Below are positions 39,214 to 50,091 of a stretch of DNA of 64,000 nucleotides, in pieces. Source of the DNA: Cycas panzhihuaensis (lineage: Eukaryota > Plantae > Cycadophyta); the NCBI GenBank assembly GCA_023213395.1, contig CM041465.1, positions 119,419,741 through 119,483,740 on the forward strand, given 5' to 3'. The first letter of the stretch is position 1. The number at the start of each line of letters is the position of its first letter. Made by a program: the position numbers and the translations under genes. Under the pieces are notes generated by a model. That model was not told the origin of the DNA. It saw only the letters and a program-made list of their open reading frames with translations, and made no database searches.

Positions 39214-41163
39214 TCATATGGTCCTATATATGACCCCCTGGAGGCCCGTGCTTTCCCCTGTCAAATCTACATGTACATGTCCTACTGCTGTGGCCCCGCT
39301 CCTGGGGTGCCATCTCCCGGTCTCTGTGATCCCTCTCCTGGGGACCACATGCCTCCGAGGCTCCTCACAGGCCTCCACATGGCCGCCTCGCTCCCTCATC
39401 TCTCGGCCATCTCGGGGCCGTCAGCCATGTGAGTGCGTGTCTGCTCGGCTCGACCTCGAGACCATCATGCTACTAGGCGATCGTATGGCTTGGATACGAT
39501 CCGCTCTCCCGAGTGCCTCCTCTGTCACCACGAGGCTCGGTGATCACTACTAGGCGGGTTACGCTCTCTTCGTCTCCACACACCACCACCGTGCCTCAGA
39601 GCTGTGCAGTCCTCGCGGCTCGTCACTCGCGTCTCGCATCATCCCTCTCTGCTGCGATCGTCCACAGGATGTGACATGCTCTTGGGACTCTGCGGCCCAT
39701 ATGTCCCTCGCCCTCACCAGCAGGCGAGCGCCTCTCTGTGGGCTCCTAGCTCTAGGCTCATCACACACTGGATGGGTGGTTGCCCCTCTACACACGAGGG
39801 AATATCTCCCTCACCACAGCCTCTATCAGTCTCCTGATCTCTGCTGTACCTGCCAATGCAACATGCCATGTGTCAGTCTATATCTCACCATACCATGATC
39901 AAACCAAACCAAACATCTATCTGGATGCCAAATGACTCTAGAAAAGGTTAGGTCTCACCTGCTGTGGCCGCCTGCTCCTCCGGTCGCGCGGCATCCTCCC
40001 CTCCTGGCTCTCTGCCAGCTGCAGGTGCCTCGTCCTCGGGCACCTCCTCGGCCTGGGTCCCTCTCCTCGCGGGGGTGGGCCCAGCTCTCGTCCCTGCGGA
40101 TCCCATCACGATCCGTAGCCTGCGGGCCCTGGTCACGGGTCCCCTGTTCTCGCCCTGTGCTCCTGACGGTCCTGCCACTCCTCCGGCAGCTCCAGATGGA
40201 CCCTCTGCCTCTCCTGCCGTCCCTGACGGGCCTGCCTCCCCTACAGGTCGTGATAGGCTAGCCCCGCTATCCCCGTTGTCTCCACTATCTCCATCATCAC
40301 TCCTATCGTCACCCGCGGGCACTCCTGCTCTGCCCGCCTCGTCGTCACTATCCCACCTCACCGTCCTGTAGGGCTCTGCTATGTAGTCTGGGAGGGTGAA
40401 GAGGTCTAGTGATGTGGCCTCTACTGATCTCCAGACATAAGCCCTGTCCTCTGTCCCCCTCACTCTCGTCTGCCACCTGTGGACCATCGGGGCCTGCTCT
40501 GTAATGGGGTGGGGTCCCCGTGGTGCCCTTCTTGGCAGTGATCGAAGTACCAACACTGTAACAGTGTGCCATATGATAATCCGCCTCTCCCGGTCGTCCT
40601 GATAGTATCCAGCTGGGCGACGAGATTCGCCGCTATCAGGGCTTGATCCATCCTCTCGCGGCTGCGGTGTGACGCATCCATCCACCCACCTGGAACCTCT
40701 TGATAGTTCTGTTTCTGGGAAATTTGGAACAGAATGCACAAAACCACCAGTTTCCTCACTCGAGGAATCCCTGACATCAGAACTGTCTAGAGGGGTGCTC
40801 CCCTCCGATCCCATCTGTCAGCTCCTGTGAAGAACAGAGCTGCCTCCCTGTGTGTTGCCTCAGTGCTGGGCAGCGTCCCTAGTCTCACCGGCCTCCCTGT
40901 TGCTAGAACTCCCAGTATCCGCCGGATATCCCTCGGCGTGATCGTCACATCCCCCACCTGTGGTAGGTGGAATACATGTCTCTCCTGTCCCAATGGGACA
41001 CGATGTCAACTAATAGCCTCTGGTCTAACGTGTATTGAGGTGTCTTGAGGGCCTTGTACAGGCCACACCTCTGCAGCATATCCCTATCCTCCTGAGTTGC
41101 CATCTCCATGTAACTCAGCATAGCCATACTGACGTTCTCGCGGTTATCTACCGCGAGGATAGC
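39214..41163 (-). pseudogene. Antisense extra gene: plant mobile domain (PMD, PF10536/MAIN-like), acidic Gly-rich linker and charged tail, with introns
   Basis: LLVDIVSHW..ERHVFHLPQVGDVTITPRDIRRILGVLATGRPV and ALIAANLVAQL...GTLLQCWYFDH match PMD consensus blocks (ETHTFHLP.GE.TITL.DV..LLGL...G.PV; LLQ.W..EH); intron 39958-39850; acceptor at 41164; several frameshifts; 3' end approximate. Confidence 0.85.
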
Positions 41164-42337
41164 CTGTTCACACCAAAACAACTCAAGTCAGTCTCATGTT
41201 AGTCACAATCATCTCTTTCTCTCCCAAATCTCTCTCTGTCTGAGATTTGGGGCTCTTTTGGCCTTCATGTCTATCTTTTTGCCTTTACGCTTAAATGCAG
41301 GTGCAAACTTGGCAGTGCGCTAAGTTTAGTGCAGTCATGGCGATGTGGGGCTGCTGGCGATGATCGCGGCACCGCGATCATTTCCATGATGCGACGGTGA
41401 CCCCTAAAGGGGTTTTTACCAAAAAATAAAAAAATTTTCTTCTAATGGACCCCGTGGGGCCCACCAGGACCAGGGCTCCCTAATGCCTAGGTCCCCGCCT
41501 CTTTCTGGGTCCAATTCAGATCCCGAGAAGCCTTCCGTTGCCCATAAGGGGCACTAATACTATGTAAAAATTACTTCAAAAGCTTAAAAACCTTCAAACT
41601 TTGAACTTTGAGATGGGCTAGGTTTAGTGACATCCACTCATTGGATCTGGTCTCGCTACTGCCATGTCGTCTGGTCGGTCGTGCTAGCTCTCCCCGCTCT
41701 CCGATCCGACAGTCAGATCTCCCTCGGCGTGCCTCTAAAGTTGGGCGGCACTCCGCTGCAGAAGGAAATGGCTCTGGTTTTGTACGAGAGCCGGTGAAAA
41801 TGAATCCATTTTCCCGTTGTTTTCCTTATATAGGCGGGGGCCCCAACGAGCACTTCCTCTGTTTTTGGTCTCGCGTTAGTCGTTGGGACCGTCTCGTTGC
41901 CTTGATTACCTTTGCCTTCTGGCCCTGTCATCAATTGTGCTTTATCGATGCCCTTTTTGCTCGCCCTTGTGAGGGCATTTATGGCGCCTCGTTATCGCAC
42001 TTTTGCCAGGGCCCATACCTTGTTTTCTTGCGCTACTCCGTGCTTGCAGGGTTTATACTCGTTTGGCTCGTTTGTCGCCTGGACTCATTTAGTGGCCCTT
42101 TCTCGCTCTGGGGTCCCCAGGGAATGCCTCCCACTTTGGGGGCATGTTTCGCTTCACAGGCGACCTTTTGGAGCCACAAGGCCGTTCCTTCCGACCGCCC
42201 TCTGCTGGTGATCGGGTTGCTTGCTCTCGTCCTGGGTAACCTCATTGCTAGGTCATCCTACCCTTCACGGCCACCTTTTGCTTGTTTTTTGAGTGTTGCT
42301 TTCATCACCCATTGTCTGCTTGGATTTTGTGTCACCT

Positions 42338-42847
42338 ATGTCCGTCTACATCTTTACTGACGGCGGAAGCCACGGTAATCCTGGACCTTCTGCCGCTGCG
42401 TGGGTCCTCTGCAGCCCTTCTAGACATGATCTCCTCCGCTCTGGGATCTTCCTCCCGGAGGCTACCAACAACGAAGCTGAGTATGCGGCTGTTATCAAAG
42501 CCCTCACTGATGCTCTCTGTTTCCATCACGGATCCATTGTTTTGCTTTACGACTCTCAAGTTGTGGTGTCTCATCTCACCCAGGTTTACCAGGTGCGATG
42601 CCCTCGCTTGAGAACTCTAGCTTCTGCTGCCAGATCTCTCCTGGCCCATCTTCCTTCCGTTGATATCTAGCATATCCCTCGGGCCCTCAACAATGAGGCG
42701 GATAGCCTCGTTCGCCTCATCCTTGAGCGCCGCCTCTCCCTTCTTCTTGTAGTCACGAGGTTTGCACGGCCTTCCGTCGCCCAAGCCCCGTGTCGTCACT
42801 TTCAGCGATCTGCTCGCACCTCCGAAACTGGGTTATTAATGAGGTAA
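42338..42847 (+). CDS. Stand-alone archaeal-type RNase HI (aRH); one in-frame TAG at 42668-42670
   Basis: MSVYIFTDGGSHGNPGPSAAAW...TNNEAEYAAVIKAL...YDSQVVV...YQV...*HIPRALNNEADSL: all four acidic catalytic residues plus the aRH-type Arg (IPR..N). Confidence 0.92.
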
Positions 42848-43148
42848 AACTATTGTACCCACTATTTGTTCTTTATTTAGCTATGCATGTTCCTTTGCAT
42901 TCTTTGTGATGGGGGCAGCCCCCTCATCTGTCTCATTCTTCCAGTCGGTTTCTAGGTGGCCCATAGGCAGCCCCTATGTTGTCTCCACCACCGCTTTCGT
43001 ATCTACGTGTCCTGCCATGACACTCGCCGGCACCCTTGCCTACTATTATGATCTTGATTGATATATCTATACACATGTGTTACTGACAGTTGTGTTGCCA
43101 GCATTCGCCATCGCACGGGCTTAGGCGGCGAGGCTCTGCGCAAGGCGG

Positions 43149-45715
43149 TGCTTCCGGCTTCAGAATGGATACAGAATCACCGACTCAGGTAAGTGCAGGT
43201 ACGTCTCTCACATTATCATCGCTTTCTTTTATTGGATGTTTGCTTGCGTATCTGCATGTGTATGACTTTGTGGGCGACCTTGTAGTCGTCCACACTTATT
43301 TTTAGCCTATGACGACTATAGCAGGGGCACACTCCCAGCGAGTGTGGCACCCTGGTGACCATATTACTTCCCGCATCTGCCCTCCTCGCTCCAGGATCCA
43401 CTAGGTTTCCGCCACCTCTGCCCGTGTGATGACTCATCATCGTTGGGTTAACTTGCCACCCTATTTGAGTCCTATTTTTGCTCCCTTGGACCCGTTTGTT
43501 GGCTTGTTTGCTCCCGGGTAGATGTTTTAGCTTTCTATTAGTCTTTTCGGTCATCTGCCCCCGGCATAGACTAGCTGGTGGGCCCCATTTTCGGCTCTAG
43601 GTGCGTACCGCTGGATTTTCGTGGTACCGCCGGAATATCCATGCTGCTGAAATTCTCGTGACAGTATCTCAGGTGCTTTTTAAAAATCCGTCGTGGTAAT
43701 TTCACATTTATTGCGAAACTACCACATGGCTCGTGCCTTATTTCTCTTCCAGCTACGCCCTAATCGCCTGCTTTAGGGTTTTGCTTGAGTACTTAAGCCC
43801 TTTTTGGCTCATTTTCAAGGGTTCTTTGGCTCACTTTTGGAATTGCTCTCAAGGAAACATCACCCTGCTCTGCTCTTCTCACATCTGCTGCTCTTGCTAC
43901 TAGGCGTCCCTCCTTGACCTTGACTCTCCTTTGGCGTGGCTGAGACATTCTCCTAGCCCCTCAAACGCCTTGGAGAGGGCCCCTTTGGAGTGGTTTCTAG
44001 TTGATCTTTGCCCAGGCGGCCTGGCGCCCCAAGTGCAGGTGTTTCCCATCACATCTCCGTAGCAGGGTCTCAAACCTGCTCTACTTCAGATCTGGGCTGA
44101 TTTCTTAGCCCCTCTTCACTGCTCCTTGGCTGAGGCAAATCCCTTGCCTCTCCTCTTCAGGTATTCCTTGTTTTGTACTGGTTTTTCTTGTGATATTTAT
44201 GCTTAAACTTGTTTGCTCCTGTTTGTTTCTTGAGAGTTGGTTTTCCTCCCTTTTGAGGACTGCTATACCACTCTTTACTGCTTCTTGCTGTTTCTTGCTC
44301 AAGGTGGCGTTGAGGGGCGGCATAGGTTTTGGAGAGGAGCTGGGTGGATTTTGTACCACCTTCCACGCTCCCTAAGCGGCTCTAAGCCCTCCAAAGCCTC
44401 CCTCTTGCCCGTGCTGCCCTTGGCTTGCAAACAAGGGTTTGAAGGCTCCCTTTGGTTGCCCAAACCGGTTGTCACAAGTTGCGCTGATTTGGAACCTTTA
44501 CTCAGGTTTGGGCATCATTCATAAGTCCCAACCGCTGGTTCGTGCTTCACCTTTTCTTCCCGGTCACCCGGTTTGCTCCTCATAGCATCCCGGTTCGCCG
44601 TGGGTGTCCTTCGGCCTCTCCTTGCCCTTTTTGCTGCCGTTTTCTAGCCCTTGCTCTCAACTTTATCCTTGTTGCCTCGTGGCTCTTGAGGGGAGGTTAG
44701 GGCACCATTTGCGAGAGATTGGCCACTCTGAGGCTTACCCAATCATCTACTTTCACCTTGGTCACTTTCTTTTGGTACTTTCATTGTTGGATTAACACTA
44801 ACGCATGTATATTCTAGTTCTCGTTTATGTTATTTAGGCATATATTGTTAGAGTTTTGTGTTGCATGTTAGTGTTCTTCCTTCGGGAAGAGAGAGAGACC
44901 GCTATTGCTTGCAGGTATTTGGGAAGCACGGAGAACATCGCCCGTTGGTCTCGTTACCGGTAAGCACCATTGCACGCGTTATGTTTTTATGCTGCTTCAT
45001 TTATTAGTTGGTGCTCCCTTTCTTTCTTTGGTATCGCATGTGATTTTCCGGGGAAGGTAAGGAAGCCCCTCTTTTACCCGCCGCAACATCTCGCATCCAG
45101 TACGTCGCGCGGAGTGGTTGGGTGCTCCTCGAGAAGGCTTCTTCATCTCGCACGCCCTCGGTCCAGGTGCACGTTTCGCCCCCATTTGCTACCTCTTTTT
45201 TCCTTTATTTCTCTCTTAGTAACTAGCACATTGAAAGATAAAAGGGAAAATTGGTTTGGTACTTGTTTGCGATTCGTTTGACTTGTTACATGTATCTTCA
45301 CCATTTGTAGGAAAGATTGTAGGAGCCCTCCTCTCCCCTACCTTTTCTTCTCTCTCCTTAACCACACAAGTGCCTTGCTTCTCGCATAACTCGTGTACTC
45401 GGTTAGGTTGTGTAGGCTTACTCTTGGCCTATCTCCATTAGGTCCTCTCTTCCCCCCTTCTGGCCACCCAAGGGTGGGAGGATCCTACCTCTAGGTCAAC
45501 CCAGTTTTGCCCTACGCACCTTCACCCCTTGTTCGAAGCGGTGAAGGGTCACCCGATAGTAGCCATACTCCATTGCAGATCCCGAACTCGTGCTCCGGTG
45601 CACGGGGCGTTCTGCGTGATAGTTACTCACCTTTTAGGTTCCACCTTCTATCATTTCACCACTCACTCTCCCCCACACCTATCAGTTAGGTAGTTATCCC
45701 ATAGCATCGCGTCTA
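43149..45715 (+). repeat. 3' LTR of the Tat-type element
   Basis: TGCTTCC...GCGTCTA; aligns with 29298-31874. Confidence 0.95.
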
Positions 45716-46126
45716 TATATCTAACAAGGGCTAGATATTATTGAGATGGACAATGTACCCCATATTACTATTGAGTTGGTGCATTCGGGTGGGTGAGGTT
45801 ACTTTGTTGGGGTGGGGGGAGGGGTTGTATCCCATGAATTTTATGTGAGTGGCCCATGTAATCTTAAAAGATGATGAATGGGGTTATGGGTGAGTTATTG
45901 GTGCTATAGGTTCCTAGTGTTTGGAGCCAATATATACCAAGAATTGTATTCAAACCACGTATAGACAAGGCATAAAAATCAAAGACAAAGGTATATGTAC
46001 CAATGTGAACTATGGGGTTTTTAATTATCCCTACATAGTGAAAGGTATGATGACTAGGTAAGGAGTAGGTGAAGCCCATCCTAGGTTCTATATAAATATT
46101 CAACTATTGAGCAATAAATATATTAG

Positions 46127-49100
46127 TGTTGTACTACAGTCGTGTAGGGGTTGGTGGCTAAGGTGTGATGGGAAGGTGGGGGATATCCATAGAGGGCAAA
46201 AAACAGGGGCATTCTAATGGTTGAATGATATGAGGGGTCGTACCAATATTCAACTAGGGCTAGCCATGTTGTCCATTTATACTAGTGGTCAAATGCAAAA
46301 TAACATAAGTCAGTCTCTAGAGTTTTGTTAAGGACCTCTGTTTGGCCATTAGTTTATGGATGATATGTTGATCTCATATTAACTGATGTTCCTAAGTTAC
46401 TAAATAGCTCCTACCAGAAGGAGCTACTAAACATAAGATCACGATTGCACATGATAGTAAATGGGAAGCCATGCAAGTAAAATAGTATTTAGAGGTAAAT
46501 GTTAGATATGCGAGGCACCTTATATGAAGTGTGGATAGGTAGGAAGTGGGTATATTTTGTTAACTTATCAATGACTACTAAAAGAGAGTCATACCTGACA
46601 TATAATAGGAGTCTTGTAATAAAATCGATGGCAATATTTTCTTTTTTACCTTGTGAGATATATAAAGGTTAAAGGAGACTCAGTTGGGATTTCATATAAA
46701 CTTTGTTGCATTGGCACATGTCGCATTAAGAGACAAATGTGAGGATAGTGGATTTTATTATTGGCCAAAAGAAGTTAGATCAAATCCTACGATAAGTCTT
46801 GTTGAATATGGAATGGCCACCTAGTGGGGAAGAATTACATTTTGATAAAATCTTGAGAATGAAAGTTAAGTGAGGATGTATAAAGATGCAGTTTTAGTAT
46901 AATAAAATATTGTTATGGACAGACCAATCCTTGCATATATGGACCTTATCAGCTCAATGTGAAAAGTTTGATTGGGATTGGTTATATATGGCCAAATCTT
47001 GTATCTGTATCAGTTACAAGGATGAAATAACATGAATAGTGGGGTCCTCAGGGTGACAAGTGTTGTCATTAGACATAGGGGAGGGTAATCATAAGAGGGT
47101 ATATGCCACAACATTATCTTTCCCCTTTTTGTATGTAATTGTAAAGTCAAAAACTTGAAGGCAATCGACCTATTTGGCCTATTCTTCTGAGAGAACTGAT
47201 TGGTCCAATAGCCGACAAAGGCTATGATAATTAGTAAGGATAAAGAATTTTGAACCAAGTAGATATTATCGCCATTTTTCAACAACATGAAGGATGGCCT
47301 ATATATTTTTTTTGATAGGTGGATAGCCTATACTTATGTTCCTTGAGTTTTCTACTTTCAAAAGCTATAGGATGGAACTCCTATATTAAGATTGCACCTA
47401 GTTCAAATCTAGAGGCATTGTATTTTAATTAGAATGGGCAAGTAAAGTTTGGTGAGGCCAAAATTAGAGTGGTTTTCATGAATTCCTTAAGGTAGAGGAA
47501 GGCCTCATTGGTCAAGGGAGACCATTAAAAGGAATCTTTCCTACATAGGTTGGTTAAAGGGATGGTTAAGGTGGCATAATTTTAGATGAACTAATGATAA
47601 AATTTAGTAAGTCCTAGGAAGGCCCATAATTGGGTAAGAGTTTTAGGGGCTGTCTAATTAGTTATGATTAAAATTTTTTAAGAATCCACCTGAACCTTGT
47701 AGATAATATGATATAACTAAGGTATTATAGTTCAATTTTCCTAAACTCATATTTGGAAAGCTTGGCATATAACTTATTCTTGGCTAGGATTTGGAGAATA
47801 GTTTCTAAATGTGGGATATAAATCAGCATGTTTAAGCTCTAGATAAGAATATTGTCAAAGAAGGTGATGATAAATTTACATAGGTATGGGGAGAATATTT
47901 TATTCATAAGGACCTGGAAGGTAGCTAGAGCATTACACAAGCCAAAAGGCATGACTTGAAACTCAAAGTGGCCATGGTAGGTTTAGAAGGCTATTTTGTG
48001 TTGATCCTTTACCAGATGAAGATCTTATAATATCCTAACTATAGATTGAGTTTGGTAAAAATTGTAGCACTATGGATCTCATCTAATATGTCATTGATTC
48101 ATAGCATAGGGAACTTCTTTTTTATGGTGATTTTGTTTAATGTCTGATAATCAACATAAAGTTAGAAAGAGCCATTCTTTTTGCAAACTAGAACAATGGG
48201 TGTAGCATACATGCTTTTGCTAGGTTAAATGATATCCATGTCTATTAATTCCTTGGTGAGTTTTTCAATTTTATTTTTTTGGAAATATGAGTTCCTATAG
48301 GGTTGAAGACTAACTGGATCATGTGAATTTTGTAACTCAACAGTGTGATAGTAGCCTTAATCTGATGGGAGACTAACAGGTAGTGGAGCAAATATTGATT
48401 AGTAATGATTCAGTACTTGATAGATATCTAGGTGGATATCTAATGGGGCCCAGATATTATTGAGATATATGATATACCCCACATCACCATTGAGTTGTTA
48501 GTGCATTCAGGTGGGTGAGATTATTTCATTAGGGGGGATTGTATCCTATAAAGTTTATGTGAGTGACCCATGTGATCTTTGAACATGATGAATGGGGTTG
48601 TAGTTGAGTTTTTGGTGTTATAGGTTCCTAGTGTCTAAAACTATTATACACCAAGAATTGTATTTGAACCACCTATAGACAAGGTATAAAAATCAAAGAC
48701 AAAGGTATATGTGCTAATGTGAATAGTAAGGTTTTTAATTATCCCCACACAGTAAATGGTATGATGACTAGGTAAGGAGCAGGTGAAGTCCATCCTAGGT
48801 TCTATATAAAGATTTAACTATCAAGCAATGGATATATTAATGAAATTTAGCAACATATTATCATCAATCAAATGGTGATGGTGGTTTTTTAAAATATTCC
48901 TTTGACCTAGAGTGGTTCAATATATGAGGTAGAGGAAATAATTAATAAAGAAACTTTAGGTTTGGGATTAGGGGGAAGCTCATCAGTAGGTTGGTCTTGG
49001 GTTCATCATCATATTTGAGCTTAGGCTTGGGGTCATCTTCTAAAGATAAGTTAAGATCAATTGTAAATACCATCTTCCTGGCTTTGTAGATTCTACTATG

Positions 49101-50091
49101 ACAAGAGGTACAGTTTTCAGAGTATTGTATACAAAGGTCGACTTCTTAATGATGTTATACCTCTGCTAGAGTGATGCGAATGGATTTAGAGGATGGTTCC
49201 TTAGCATGACACTTGGGAGATATAGATGGAGGGTCTTCTAGTCACAGGCGAGATCGTTGGTAGTTAATTGGGTATAATCTTTGGGACCAGGCAGTGTCTT
49301 ATTGATAATTAACTTGTCACAATCGTTGAAACTAGGTGGAATCCTATCTAAATAAAGGAGGCCTTTCTATTGTAAATTACTTCAATAACTTTAGCTATGT
49401 TGATCGCATCCTTTAGAGTAGGTATGGATACAGTCTTTAAGTGCATTTAGATGTGCTCTTTGGGCTTGGATATTTATGTATCTATCTATGTTTCCTTATT
49501 AAGTTATTGATCAACCAAATTATATAAAGATTGAAACTCGTCTATGTATAATTCAATAGAGGCTACTTGCTTTAACCATGTCAATTGGGTGAAGAAGGAT
49601 TAGTCCCAAGTATCTTCATATTGCTGAAAGAAACTCGTAGAGAAGTGGGCCTAAGATTAACTAGAGGGGTACTCTTACTTCTACCATTAGAACTAATGGC
49701 GCACCTTTCTATCTAAGTGGATTGAAGTAAATATAAGATGATTGTTGACTAACATGGGGTTGAGTATAAAGTAGGACTTTAATTTATTGATCCAACTTCA
49801 TACATTATCCTTATTAAGGTTAGGATCAAATACAGGGATGTTGATCTTATGGGGAAACAATTATTGCATATGTGGAAGTAAAATTGGCATTTATTGTAGT
49901 GTGGGGCTAACTAAAGTGGAGAGGCTTGGTAAATTTGTAGATGTAAGAGTTAACATATTTGTTTTAACTTTCACTACTTCATTTTTAACCTATTGATGCA
50001 TGGCAACTAGCTCTTACCTAACTTCTTACTGAAAGTTTATGACTTGCGTCTCGAGTATAGAAATTTTATGAATGTTACTTAGAGAAGCCAT
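46127..50091 (-). pseudogene. Chromovirus C gag, protease and pol copy 2 (RT, RNase H, most of integrase)
   Basis: ATG at 50091 (MASLSNIHK); 46127-48838 is colinear with 26988-29297 plus 45721-46126. Confidence 0.88.

Larger units (their letters stand above)
29298..45715 (+). mobile_element. Ty3/Gypsy Tat-clade (non-chromovirus) LTR retrotransposon, about 16.4 kb, with an antisense PMD gene and a free-standing 3' archaeal-type RNase H
   Basis: About 2.57-kb, closely similar LTRs; TSD GATAT (29293-29297) / TATAT (45716-45720); the interrupted site matches the uninterrupted paralogous sequence GGTGGATATCTAA at about 48431-48443; tRNA-Arg-type PBS; gag-PR-RT-RH-INT order; no chromodomain. Confidence 0.95.

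Noticed and set aside
39948-40814. 288-aa ORF as an independent gene
   Set aside because: Its 5' third is the wrong frame of the PMD domain and its end runs into an intron; it is a fragment of the frameshifted antisense gene
41608-42360. 250-aa plus-strand ORF upstream of aRH
   Set aside because: Non-ATG start, no recognisable motif and a different frame from aRH; probably a chance ORF in GC-rich, T-skewed DNA, although a frameshifted N-terminal extension cannot be excluded
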